The notes below the pieces were generated by a model. It made no database searches. It was given only the letters and a program-made list of their open reading frames with translations, and was not told where the DNA came from. Made by a program: the position numbers and the translations under genes. From the NCBI RefSeq assembly GCF_040398645.1, contig NZ_JBBATR010000008.1, positions 19,919 through 68,611 of the forward strand: 48,693 nt of DNA, read 5' to 3'. Below are positions 30,489 to 40,090 of the stretch, in pieces. Numbering within the stretch: position 1 is the first letter of the stretch; each line of letters starts with the position of its first letter. This DNA is from Sandarakinorhabdus sp. GTDB taxonomy: Bacteria; Pseudomonadota; Alphaproteobacteria; Sphingomonadales; Sphingomonadaceae.

Positions 30489-31271
30489 TCAGAACAACCG
30501 TTCCTTGATGACGATTATATCGCCGTTCTGCACCTTCTGTGACGGATCAACGTCCATTTCCTTGCCATTGCCGCGGATCAATCCGGCCTTGTTGGCATTG
30601 CCGGCCTGGGTCACACCGCCAGCCAGCGCAATTGCCTGCCTGATGCTCATGTTCGGCAACATGGCTTTCATGCCGGCCGCACCCACTGCGCCATAGATGA
30701 AGAAGGTTTCCGCCGGCGGCACAAACAAGGTATCACCCGGCTGCAAAAGGGGATCGCTGTCCTTCTCGCCGCGCACCAGCTGTTCAACTTCGAGCGTGCG
30801 GACCGGCTGGCCGGGTCGGCGAAAATACACGAAACTTGCCGCGTCCACGCGCACCCAACCCGCCTTGAGCAAAACTTCCAGTGCATGATACGGACGATCA
30901 AGCGGATAGATGCCCGATGTGCCCACGTTTCCGGCCACATTCACGGTCCTCGACACATAGGCGCCGATTTCGACATTCACTAGCGGCGATTTCAAAAAGC
31001 CTCCGGAGACCAGCTTGTCGGTAATATTGCGCGCCAGCGTGACATTGGTTTCCCCGTCGGCCTTAACGATGCCGATCAATGGCATGACAATGGTACCATC
31101 CGATTTGACTCGCGTGGTCACGTTGAATTCACCCTGACCATAAACGATCACCTGGATCGTGTCATCAGGCCCGATCATATAGCCCTTGTAGGCTCCATCT
31201 TGCGCCTGAACGCCGGGAGCAGCCGCCAAAGACAGCGCAAACGCCAAACCTACCGATTTCAGGACGTTCAT
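30489..31271 (-). CDS. Polysaccharide export protein (Wza/EpsE/GelD-like, SLBB domains)
   Basis: YMIGPDDTIQVIVYG, DGTIVMPLIG, VAGNV..SGIYPL, LQPGDTLFVP, QAIALAGG. Confidence 0.9.
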   Translation of the reverse strand: MNVLKSVGLAFALSLAAAPGVQAQDGAYKGYMIGPDDTIQVIVYGQGEFNVTTRVKSDGTIVMPLIGIVKADGETNVTLARNITDKLVSGGFLKSPLVNVEIGAYVSRTVNVAGNVGTSGIYPLDRPYHALEVLLKAGWVRVDAASFVYFRRPGQPVRTLEVEQLVRGEKDSDPLLQPGDTLFVPPAETFFIYGAVGAAGMKAMLPNMSIRQAIALAGGVTQAGNANKAGLIRGNGKEMDVDPSQKVQNGDIIVIKERLF

Positions 31272-32626
31272 CAACTTCTACCCCTTCCAAACACGGCCGA
31301 CAACGTCAGCCCTGCGCCAGTGGACGTGAAACTCAAAAATGTGGGCACGGATTTGCGCCGTGCATGATTGACTTCAAAATCAAATCGCAAGCGCTGACCG
31401 AGCCTGCCGCCAACCCTGGCAAAGTAGGTCTGCCTGTTGTCTGACTGCCGCGGTACTGGATCAAATTCCGAAACGACGCCGCCCAAAAAGCGATTTGAGC
31501 GGGACTGAGCACCAACTATCAAACTGTATCGGCCAACACGGGTTGCGGCTGAGATAGCGTAGGTGTTGGACACTGTTGTCAAAGCCCCAACAAAACCGTT
31601 GGAGTTGACATTGCGACCAGCTGTCAAGTCCAGCGTCAATCGGTTCGACAACTTCATATCGACGGTTGCATCAAAACCAAAGCCAGAAAAACCCGACCGA
31701 TCCACAAATTGCGCGAGACTGTCCACCACGATGAACGGCGAATCATTTTCAGGCTTGCTGCTGATATACGATCCATACAGACCAAGCGTGATCCGCGGAC
31801 CGATTTGGCGCTGCACACCCGCGCGCAGCGACCGCTGGGTCAGTGCATCATCAATCAAGCCGCCGGCCGTGACCACCTGGCGGCCGGGCAAATCCGTCTG
31901 GCTTATCGTACCATCAATCGAAAACCGGCCAAGAAAATTGCTGTTGAAGGCAAGACCGGCCGAATAGGTCAATGTGGCGAGATCAAGCGCCCGGCCGACG
32001 GTACCGACAGACTTGGAATCCACTCGGTTGACAGCGGCATTTAGCGAAATTGCACTGCCTAATCGGCATTGCCCTGTCAGGCCGATCGTGGTCGTGCGCT
32101 GCTGGAACGAACCAAACAGCGTCGCGTCGTTGCGCAGATTGAGGCTCTGGCGAAAGGACCCACCAGTTTGGCCGCTGCAGCGCGCCAGCTGGAAATCAGC
32201 GCCGCCCGACACATCGGCGCGATTGCGGCCGCGCAGGATGTTGTTGCCCCGGATTATGTCGCGGCCATAGCTGCCCGATAAGAACAGGCCGAGCCGCTCG
32301 CTTCCCAGCCCGTATTCCGCGCGCGCCTGCGGCGTGATGCGAACACCGTCGTCTGCTGGCTGTTGCCGGGTCAAATTGCCTTCGTACCTGCTGCCGACCG
32401 AGCCGGTTACCAGCAGACCGCGACCGGAAAATCCAGCCACGCCAGGCACATTGATGGATGAACGGACAGGGCCATCATCGGTATCGGTCGCGCCTTGCGA
32501 GCTCGTCTGGCGATATGGATTGATCTGTGCCGCCACAGGCGCCGATGTAGCCAGCACGAGCGCCCAAAAGGCAAACGGACCAACCGGCGGCCGCAATGTC
32601 GTTCTGGCACATGTTATTTGCGACAT
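31271..32626 (-). CDS. Outer-membrane beta-barrel protein of the EPS locus (GelF/EpsL-like)
   Basis: Signal peptide (...APVAAQ) followed by alternating amphipathic strands. Immediately upstream of the Wza homolog. Start moved to ATG 32626, which follows a GAAGGGG RBS. Confidence 0.65.
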   Translation of the reverse strand: MSQITCARTTLRPPVGPFAFWALVLATSAPVAAQINPYRQTSSQGATDTDDGPVRSSINVPGVAGFSGRGLLVTGSVGSRYEGNLTRQQPADDGVRITPQARAEYGLGSERLGLFLSGSYGRDIIRGNNILRGRNRADVSGGADFQLARCSGQTGGSFRQSLNLRNDATLFGSFQQRTTTIGLTGQCRLGSAISLNAAVNRVDSKSVGTVGRALDLATLTYSAGLAFNSNFLGRFSIDGTISQTDLPGRQVVTAGGLIDDALTQRSLRAGVQRQIGPRITLGLYGSYISSKPENDSPFIVVDSLAQFVDRSGFSGFGFDATVDMKLSNRLTLDLTAGRNVNSNGFVGALTTVSNTYAISAATRVGRYSLIVGAQSRSNRFLGGVVSEFDPVPRQSDNRQTYFARVGGRLGQRLRFDFEVNHARRKSVPTFLSFTSTGAGLTLSAVFGRGRS

Positions 32627-32925
32627 TGCAGCCCCTTCTCTCGCATTACATGTAAGCAACAAATTAGCAGCTGGGCCATTATAGCCCCTGCGATTGCGCG
32701 GTGCTACACGCCGGCAATGCAACGGGCAACCATCCTCACACAGCCGGCCTCGATTTTCAGGCGTTTTGTAGCAGCACGGCCCGTTTTGACGCTCGCATCG
32801 CACAAGAGTTCGTGGCAGAAGCTGCCATCCCAAGCAACGGCTGCGTTGCTTGGCCGTTAAGTCCATGCTGGGCATTAAAAACAGCCCAAGAAACCGTGTA
32901 AGCACGGGCAACTGCAGAGGTGCCA

Positions 32926-34410
32926 ATGATCTGGAAGCGCAAAATTCGTAGCGGAACCAGCGACAGCGGCGCAAACGACGCCGGAGCAGATGTCGGTCTT
33001 TCGTCCGTCGAGCCGGACCCGGCTCGCATCGCGGGCATGCAGCCAACGCCGGTGCCAAATTTCGAAGCCGCAGCCAACAACGCCGCGCTGGACGAAACCG
33101 CGTCTGAAATCGTTGATCTGTCCGAGGGCAACCACGTGCTCTGGCGACGATCGGATGTGGCCGAGCCCGCCTCGATGTTGCCGCGCTTCATTGCCAGTGC
33201 GTCCGACGACGTTGAATCCGATACCAGCGATGCTCTGTCCCGCAGGCGGCTGGCGCTGCGAGATTCCCTGGGCGCTTCGCAGCCGGTGGTGTCCCGCGAA
33301 GCGTTTGCCGGCCGGCACGAGCAAATGGCGATGCTGATCAACGCCATAGAGGAACAGCGGGTCCACGTCGTGATCTACGGGGAGCGCGGCATCGGCAAGA
33401 CCAGCCTTGTCCATGTGTTCACCCAAACCGCCCGTGAGGCACGTTATCACGTGATTTATGCTAGCTGCGGCACGGCAGCGAACTTCCCGGACATGTTCCG
33501 CAGCGTGCTGACCTATATTCCGCACATATATCATTCGTCGGTTCTGCCCAATTCGGCACTGGCCGAACAGGCAACCAACCTCGATTCGATGCTGCCGCCC
33601 GGTGAATTTGGCGCGCGTGAGCTGGCCGAGATCTTGTCCGGCGTGGTGGGAACCCGCGTTCTGGTGATCCTGGATGAATATGACCGCGTGGTTGATCCCA
33701 ATTTCCGCCGCGAAGTTGCCGAACTGATCAAGAACCTGTCTGACCGCGCCGCGCGGGTGCAATTGGTCATTACGGGTGTCGCGCTCAACCTTGATGAATT
33801 GATCGGCTATGCGCCATCGATCCGCCGCAACATCACCGGCCTGCCGATGCGCCCAATGTCGGCAACCGAGGTGCGTGACCTGCTGCGCATGGGCGAACGC
33901 GCTGCCGATCTGCGCTTCAGCGAGGCTGCCCTGCAATTGATCTACGAAATGTCGGCGGGATCGCCTTATCTGGTGCGCTTGCTTGGCCACCAGGCCGGGC
34001 TGAACGCCATCAATGCCGACCGTGATGTAGTGAACGACGTCGATGCCCGCAACGCTATCGAGCGCGTGATCGACGATTGGCGGGCCAGCTTGCCGCGCCG
34101 CGTGCAAGCCAATCTGGCCCGCGAAGAAGCCGCCGCGCACTGGCCGCTGCTGGTGGCAGCGGCGCGCGCCGGCAATTCGGCCGATGGCTGGTTCACGGTT
34201 GACGACGTCTACACCGAACTGCGTGGTTCTACATCGCCGCTGACGATCGAGCGGGACTTGAAGCTGTTTGTCAACAATGACGATCTGCTGGAACGGCGCG
34301 AAGGGCCGGGCGATCCGCACTTCCGCTTCGGCTATCCCGGCGTGGCCGCGCTGTTGATGATCTCGTCGTCGATGGGCAGCAAAGACGTCCGCAACACATC
34401 ATCACTATGA
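32926..34410 (+). CDS. AAA+ ATPase of the EPS locus (SpsJ/GelJ-like)
   Basis: FAGR, Walker A GERGIGKTS, Walker B LVILDEYD, GSPYLVRLL. Divergent from the beta-barrel gene, as for spsJ/spsF. Confidence 0.8.
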   Translation: MIWKRKIRSGTSDSGANDAGADVGLSSVEPDPARIAGMQPTPVPNFEAAANNAALDETASEIVDLSEGNHVLWRRSDVAEPASMLPRFIASASDDVESDTSDALSRRRLALRDSLGASQPVVSREAFAGRHEQMAMLINAIEEQRVHVVIYGERGIGKTSLVHVFTQTAREARYHVIYASCGTAANFPDMFRSVLTYIPHIYHSSVLPNSALAEQATNLDSMLPPGEFGARELAEILSGVVGTRVLVILDEYDRVVDPNFRREVAELIKNLSDRAARVQLVITGVALNLDELIGYAPSIRRNITGLPMRPMSATEVRDLLRMGERAADLRFSEAALQLIYEMSAGSPYLVRLLGHQAGLNAINADRDVVNDVDARNAIERVIDDWRASLPRRVQANLAREEAAAHWPLLVAAARAGNSADGWFTVDDVYTELRGSTSPLTIERDLKLFVNNDDLLERREGPGDPHFRFGYPGVAALLMISSSMGSKDVRNTSSL

Positions 34411-34569
34411 TGTTGTGGCCGTCCGGCCTGTCCAGATATCCGGGATGATGACAGCAATGGTTCTGCCAACTGGCATGAATGCGCAAATGCCGTGGGTGAC
34501 GATGTGGGGCCGGCTGGTCCAGCCTCGCAGGCGCTCCTGCATGGCACTGCCGGCGATGCGGGTGCGGCC

Positions 34570-35529
34570 ATGACGTGCCCTCCAGATGCAGCAGGCCGAG
34601 CAGACGGCAATACCGCGTCTGACACAGGCGTTTTGACAGGCCCTGTCATAACCGTGGTGATCCCGCATCTGAACACGCCGGACAGCTTGTGCCGCTGCTT
34701 GGCCTCGGTGACCACCCAGGAACTTGCCGCCGGCGCTTTTGAAGTCATTGTCGTGGACAACGGCTCACGCGAACCGATCGATGCGCTGGTCGCGGCGCGG
34801 TTCCCGGGCGTGCGCGTGCTGGTTGATCGCACACCCGGCCCCGGCCCGGCGCGCAACACCGGCGCCCAGGCTGCCCGGGCTGATCTGCTGGCCTTCACCG
34901 ATGCCGATTGCATCGCCCAGCCCGGTTGGTTGGCCAATGCCCATGCCGGCGCTGCTGCGGGCCAGATCGTTGGCGGCCGGGTTGCCGTGGATGTCGCCGA
35001 TCCGCAGCGATTGACCGGTATCGAAGCCTTTGAATCAGTGCTTGGCTTTCGGCAGGCCTATTATATCGCCAGGAAGTATTTTTCGGTCACCGCCAATCTT
35101 GCGATGCCGCGCGAGATGCTGCGCGCGGTCGGCCCGTTTGGCGGCATCGCCATCGCCGAGGATGTCGATTGGGGCCAACGCGCACACGCCATGGGCAAAG
35201 TGCTGACCTACCAGCCGGCTATGCTGGTGCTACACCCGCCAAGAGCGGATTTTGCCTCACTGGCCCGCAAATTCGACCGGATGACCAATCATTTCTGGGA
35301 AGAGCATCACAGCAGCGGCCGGCCGCTGTGGCGGTGGTGGTTGCTGGTGGCGATCATGGTGGCATCGCCGGCGATCGATATGCGGCATATCCTGCTGTCT
35401 CCGCTGATTTCGGGCATGATGAATCGCTATCGTGGCCTGCGCGTGTTGTTTGCCATCCGGTGGTACCGCGCGCGTGCCATGCTGGCGGCTGCATCGGGCA
35501 CAGCCCGGCCCACGGCATGGAACCGCTGA
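34570..35529 (+). CDS. GT2 glycosyltransferase, SpsQ/GelQ-like (putative rhamnosyltransferase)
   Basis: VVIPHLN, VVDNGS, GPARN.G, FTDADC (DxD), FSVTANL, AEDVDW, HPPR. Start uncertain. Confidence 0.85.
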   Translation: MTCPPDAAGRADGNTASDTGVLTGPVITVVIPHLNTPDSLCRCLASVTTQELAAGAFEVIVVDNGSREPIDALVAARFPGVRVLVDRTPGPGPARNTGAQAARADLLAFTDADCIAQPGWLANAHAGAAAGQIVGGRVAVDVADPQRLTGIEAFESVLGFRQAYYIARKYFSVTANLAMPREMLRAVGPFGGIAIAEDVDWGQRAHAMGKVLTYQPAMLVLHPPRADFASLARKFDRMTNHFWEEHHSSGRPLWRWWLLVAIMVASPAIDMRHILLSPLISGMMNRYRGLRVLFAIRWYRARAMLAAASGTARPTAWNR

Positions 35530-36590
35530 TGGCATCGCAATTTCGCCCAGGCAGCACAAAACCAGCCGCGCGCACGACCATGGGTGTCGTGATCGTGAAT
35601 TTCCGCGGCGCCGATGATACGATCGAGTGCCTGGAAAGCCTGCTGCGTTCCACCATTCGCCTGAAGGTGGTGGTGGTGGAAAATGGCTCGGGCGATGGCT
35701 CCGCTGATCGAATCCTGGCGTGGGCCAAGGGTGAATATAGCCCATCTGCTGGCTCGCCGGGCCTGGCGGCGCTGTCCACGCCGGCCATTCGCAAGCCGAT
35801 GCCGGTCAATATCATCGCGCCGGCTGAAATTGGCACCGGCAGCATCGCTGCACTGACGCTGATCGTGTCCCCGGACAATCTGGGATTTGCGGGCGGCAAC
35901 AACCTTGGCCTCAGGCATTTGCTGACCGATCCGGCCGTGCAGTATTTCTGGCTGCTCAACAACGATGCCGTGGTGATCCCGGATTGTGCCGAGGCGCTGG
36001 CGAACCGCATGCTGGCCATTCCGCGCGTGGGCATGTGCGGCACCGTCGTGCGCCAGTATTGGCAGCCAGATCGGTTGCAGGCTCTGGGCGGCTACAGCTT
36101 CAGCCCGATCACCGGCATGGGCCGCGCGCTCGGCGGCAATGAACTGATTTACACGCCCTACAATCCGCAGGATATCGCCGAAGCCACTGATTTCGTGCTG
36201 GGTGCCAGCCTGGCGGTAAGCCGTCCGTTCCTTGAACAGGTCGGCCTGATGGAGGAAACCTATTTCCTTTATTATGAGGAAATGGACTGGGCGATGCGCA
36301 ATCGGCGCCTGGGGGACGAGCAAATGACCACCGGATTTGCGCACGGCGCCGTGGTTTATCACAAGGCCGGGGCGTCGATCGGTTCGCCCAATGCCACCCA
36401 AGCCCGCAGCGCCTTCAGTGACTATTGGATGGCCCGATCACGAATCCGCTTCACGGCGCGGTTTTTTCCACTGCTGCTGCCGCTGCACATCGCACTGACC
36501 TGGGCAATGGCTGCACGGCGGCTGATCCGCCGTCGGCCGGACAATGCCAAAGCGCTGATCCGGGCTTCGCTGGGACTGCGGATGCGGTAA
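35529..36590 (+). CDS. GT2 glycosyltransferase (WbbL/RfbF-like, putative rhamnosyltransferase)
   Basis: VVIVNF, VVENGS, NLGFAGGNN.G, WLLNND, GASL, YFLYYEEMDW, VYHK. TGATG overlap with the previous GT. Confidence 0.87.
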   Translation: MASQFRPGSTKPAARTTMGVVIVNFRGADDTIECLESLLRSTIRLKVVVVENGSGDGSADRILAWAKGEYSPSAGSPGLAALSTPAIRKPMPVNIIAPAEIGTGSIAALTLIVSPDNLGFAGGNNLGLRHLLTDPAVQYFWLLNNDAVVIPDCAEALANRMLAIPRVGMCGTVVRQYWQPDRLQALGGYSFSPITGMGRALGGNELIYTPYNPQDIAEATDFVLGASLAVSRPFLEQVGLMEETYFLYYEEMDWAMRNRRLGDEQMTTGFAHGAVVYHKAGASIGSPNATQARSAFSDYWMARSRIRFTARFFPLLLPLHIALTWAMAARRLIRRRPDNAKALIRASLGLRMR

Positions 36591-36717
36591 CGGCCGGGCC
36601 GCCGGACGCTCGCGGCGTCCACACTTGCCAGTGCAGCATTGACTGGCTTTGGCCGCAGAGGCAAGAGAGCGCGAAATCCGTCGTTTACTTGAGCGGCTAT
36701 GAAACTGGAGTGTCGTC

Positions 36718-37707
36718 ATGCTGTCAAAATCTGCTGGTTTCTTGATCACCGTCGCCGCCGCAGCCTTGCTGGTCGGCTGTTCCAAGGATGGTGACAAGCC
36801 CGATGGCCAGGTTGTTGCCTCGCTGGATGGCCGCGATATCACCATTCACGAGGTGAATCAGGAAATCTCCTCGCTGGGCCAGCAGGCACAATCGGCGCCG
36901 CGCAAGTTGATCGAAGCGGTTGGCCTTGCGCGTGTGATCGAACGCAAGATGCTTGCGAGCGAAGCGCAAACCCGCAAGCTCGATCAATCGCCGCAATATG
37001 TGCTCGCCAAGACCCGCAATGATGAAAATCTGCTGGTGCAGGCGCTGCAAGCCGAAGTTTCGAGCAAGGTCGGCGTGACGCCGCGCGAACAGGCACAGAA
37101 ATATGTCGAGCAGAATCCGGTGATCTTCGGGGACCGCCGCATCATGACCCTCGATCAAATCCAGTTCCTTCAGCCGCCGAACTTCGCTGCGTTGCCGATG
37201 CAAACGGCCAAGACCATGCAGGAAGTGGAAACTGTGCTGATCAATGCCAATATCGAATATCGCCGCGCGCCGCAGCAGCTGGATACACTGATGCTCGATC
37301 CGCGCCTGAGCAGCGAAGTCATCCGTATGGCGCGCGGCCCGAACGGTGAGCCGTTCATGTTCACCGATCAACCGGCCGGCGCGCCGTCGCCGATCGTTTA
37401 TGTCAACGTGGTCAGCCAGATGAAGCAGGAACCGTTCACCGGTGAACGCGCCATTGCCTATGCCCAGCAGCTGATGCAGCGCCAAGAAATCACTCGCCGC
37501 CTGCAGGCCGAACTGACCAAGCTGCGCGAAACCGCCAAAGGCAAGATCGTGTATGGCAAGGGCTTTGATTCGCCCGAAAAGGTCGCGGCCCTGCTCGACA
37601 AGCAGGCGGCAGCAGCGGCAAAACAAAAGGCCGCTGATGATACCCGCGGCAAGGCGAAGCCGGGCGGTGCTGCAGCGCCCGCCAAAGCCGCAGCTCCGGC
37701 TGGCTGA
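36718..37707 (+). CDS. EpsD/GelI-like SurA/PPIase-related lipoprotein
   Basis: Lipobox LVGC, GQVVASLDG.DIT..E, KLDQSP, YVEQNP..F..R. EPS-locus context. Confidence 0.75.
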   Translation: MLSKSAGFLITVAAAALLVGCSKDGDKPDGQVVASLDGRDITIHEVNQEISSLGQQAQSAPRKLIEAVGLARVIERKMLASEAQTRKLDQSPQYVLAKTRNDENLLVQALQAEVSSKVGVTPREQAQKYVEQNPVIFGDRRIMTLDQIQFLQPPNFAALPMQTAKTMQEVETVLINANIEYRRAPQQLDTLMLDPRLSSEVIRMARGPNGEPFMFTDQPAGAPSPIVYVNVVSQMKQEPFTGERAIAYAQQLMQRQEITRRLQAELTKLRETAKGKIVYGKGFDSPEKVAALLDKQAAAAAKQKAADDTRGKAKPGGAAAPAKAAAPAG

Positions 37708-37800
37708 TTGGTTGGCGGCGGGCATCAGCCGCCGATCCTGTGACGCCAGATTAGGGACCGGATCGGGCAGATTCTGGTCAATATCGATGAGGGAATTTGC

Positions 37801-38676
37801 ATGCGCCGCGGGATTATTTTGGCAGGCGGATCCGGAACCCGCCTCTATCCACTGACACGGCCGGTATCCAAGCAATTGATGCCGGTTTACGACAAGCCGA
37901 TGATTTATTACCCATTGTCGGTTTTGATGCTGGCGGGCGTGCGCGATATCATGCTGATCACTACCCCGGCCGATGCCCCGGCGTTCGTCAATCTGCTGGG
38001 TGATGGCAGCCAGTGGGGCATCAACATCCACTATGCCGAGCAGCCGCGCCCGGAAGGCCTGGCGCAGGCCTATCATATCGGCGCGGATTTTGTCGGCAAT
38101 GACCCGTCGGTGCTGATCCTGGGCGACAATATCTTCCACGGTCACGGCTTGCCCGAATTGCTGGCCATGGCGGACGCCCGCGATGCCGGCGCGACGGTGT
38201 TCGGCTATTATGTCAAGGATGCCAGCGCTTATGGAGTTGTGTCGTTCGATGCCCACGGCCGCGCGCTGACCATCGAGGAAAAGCCGGTGAAACCGAAGAG
38301 CAATTTCGCCGTGACCGGCCTGTATTTCTATGATGGCGATGCCGCCGCCCTGGCCCGCGACCTGAAACCGTCGCCGCGCGGCGAACTCGAAATCACCGAT
38401 CTTAACCGGCTGTATCTCGAAGCTGGCAAGCTTGTTGTGGAATTGATGGGCCGCGGCTTTGCCTGGCTGGATACCGGCACCCACGGCTCGCTGCTCGATG
38501 CCGCGCTGTTCGTCCGCATTGTCGAGGAGCGCCAAGGCCTGAAAATTGCCTGCCCCGAAGAAATCGCATGGCGCAAGGGTTTCATCACCGACGAACAGCT
38601 GGCGCGGATTGCGCAGCCGCTGAAGAAATCCGGTTATGGCATCTATTTGCTCGAGCTGCTGGAGCACGGCAAGTGA
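37801..38676 (+). CDS. rmlA: Glucose-1-phosphate thymidylyltransferase
   Basis: [47 protein letters not shown]. Confidence 0.98.
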   Translation: MRRGIILAGGSGTRLYPLTRPVSKQLMPVYDKPMIYYPLSVLMLAGVRDIMLITTPADAPAFVNLLGDGSQWGINIHYAEQPRPEGLAQAYHIGADFVGNDPSVLILGDNIFHGHGLPELLAMADARDAGATVFGYYVKDASAYGVVSFDAHGRALTIEEKPVKPKSNFAVTGLYFYDGDAAALARDLKPSPRGELEITDLNRLYLEAGKLVVELMGRGFAWLDTGTHGSLLDAALFVRIVEERQGLKIACPEEIAWRKGFITDEQLARIAQPLKKSGYGIYLLELLEHGK

Positions 38677-39218
38677 AGGTCAGCGAAACCGGCCTGCCCG
38701 GCGTGCTGCTGATCGAACCGCGCGTGTTCGGCGATGCGCGCGGCTTTTTCCTCGAAAGCTGGAACGCCCGCAGCTTTGCCGACAATGGCCTCGATATGGA
38801 TTTCGTGCAGGACAATCATAGCCGGTCAGCGCGCGGCGTGCTGCGCGGCCTGCATTATCAGATGCTCAATCCGCAGGGCAAATTGGTGCGCGTGACCCGC
38901 GGCGCTGTTCATGATGTGGCTGTGGACATGCGCCGGTCATCGCCGCATTTCGGCAAATCATTCGGCGTCGAATTGAGCGAAGACAATCACCGCATGCTGT
39001 GGGTGCCGCCCGGTTTTGCGCATGGCTTTCTGGTACTAAGCGAAACAGCTGATTTTCAATACAAGGTGACGCAGTTTTACGATCCGTCCGACGAACGCTC
39101 GCTGCGTTGGGATGATTCGGCACTGGGCATCGCATGGCCCGATGTCGGCACGGCCCCGACGCTTTCGGGCAAGGATGGCGCAGCACCCCTGCTTGCCGAT
39201 GCGGAGTTGTTCGCATGA
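38673..39218 (+). CDS. rmlC: dTDP-4-dehydrorhamnose 3,5-epimerase
   Basis: [33 protein letters not shown] start overlapping the rmlA stop. Confidence 0.96.
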   Translation: MKVSETGLPGVLLIEPRVFGDARGFFLESWNARSFADNGLDMDFVQDNHSRSARGVLRGLHYQMLNPQGKLVRVTRGAVHDVAVDMRRSSPHFGKSFGVELSEDNHRMLWVPPGFAHGFLVLSETADFQYKVTQFYDPSDERSLRWDDSALGIAWPDVGTAPTLSGKDGAAPLLADAELFA

Positions 39219-40090
39219 AAGTGCTCGTTGCGGGCAGCGGCGGGCAACTGGGCCGCGCCCTGGCTGCGACCGCGCCGACCGGCGTTACGTTGATCGCGCC
39301 GCCTGAAGCCGAATTTGATATTTGCAACGCCAGCGAGGTCGCCGCCGTGGTCGCCGCCACCGCGCCTGATCTGGTGGTAAATGCTGCAGCCTGGACGGCG
39401 GTTGACAAGGCCGAGGCCGAGGAAGCGGCTGCGCTGGCGGTGAATGCCACCGCGGTGGGCTATCTGGCTGCTGCTGCTGCCGGCTGCGGTGCCCGCTTTG
39501 TGCAAGTGTCCACCGATTATGTATTCGACGGCGAAGCCTGCCGGCCGTATGCGCCAGACACACCGCCAGCGCCGGCCAGCGCCTATGGCCGCACCAAGCT
39601 GGCCGGGGAATTTGCAGCGCAAGCGCAGCATCCGGCGCCGCTGATCATCCGCACCGCCTGGGTTTATGCAGCGGCCGGCAATAATTTCGTGCGCACCATG
39701 CTGCGCCTGATGGCGGAGCGGGACGAAGTGCGCGTGGTGGGCGACCAGATCGGCACACCAACCCATGCCGCCAGCCTGGCCCGGGCCATTTGGGGCCTGC
39801 ACAGCCACAGCGGCGTTTTTCACTGGACAGATGCCGGCGTGGCCAGCTGGCATGATTTTGCCGTCGCCATTCAAGACGAAGCGCTGGCGCTGGGCCTGCT
39901 GACCCGCCGCGTGCCGGTGATTCCGATCCCCTCCAGCGCTTATCCAACCCCGGCGCGCCGGCCGGCCTGGAGTGTGCTGGACAAAAGCAGCAGCTGGGCA
40001 ATAACCGGCCCGGCCCGGCACTGGCGGCACGAACTCGTCGATTGCCTGCACGCCATGGCCCAAACTGATCCTGGAAAAGCATCCACATGA
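39215..40090 (+). CDS. rmlD: dTDP-4-dehydrorhamnose reductase
   Basis: GSGGQLG, NAAAWTAVD, STDYVFDG, YGRTKLAGE, DQIGTPT, PARRP. Confidence 0.96.
   Translation: MKVLVAGSGGQLGRALAATAPTGVTLIAPPEAEFDICNASEVAAVVAATAPDLVVNAAAWTAVDKAEAEEAAALAVNATAVGYLAAAAAGCGARFVQVSTDYVFDGEACRPYAPDTPPAPASAYGRTKLAGEFAAQAQHPAPLIIRTAWVYAAAGNNFVRTMLRLMAERDEVRVVGDQIGTPTHAASLARAIWGLHSHSGVFHWTDAGVASWHDFAVAIQDEALALGLLTRRVPVIPIPSSAYPTPARRPAWSVLDKSSSWAITGPARHWRHELVDCLHAMAQTDPGKAST

Noticed and set aside
32627-32925. Sigma54 (-24/-12) or CtrA sites for the EPS/exosortase operons
   Set aside because: Candidate TGGC...TGC and TTAA pairs here, and at 26049-26161 and 34411-34569, do not have the required spacing.
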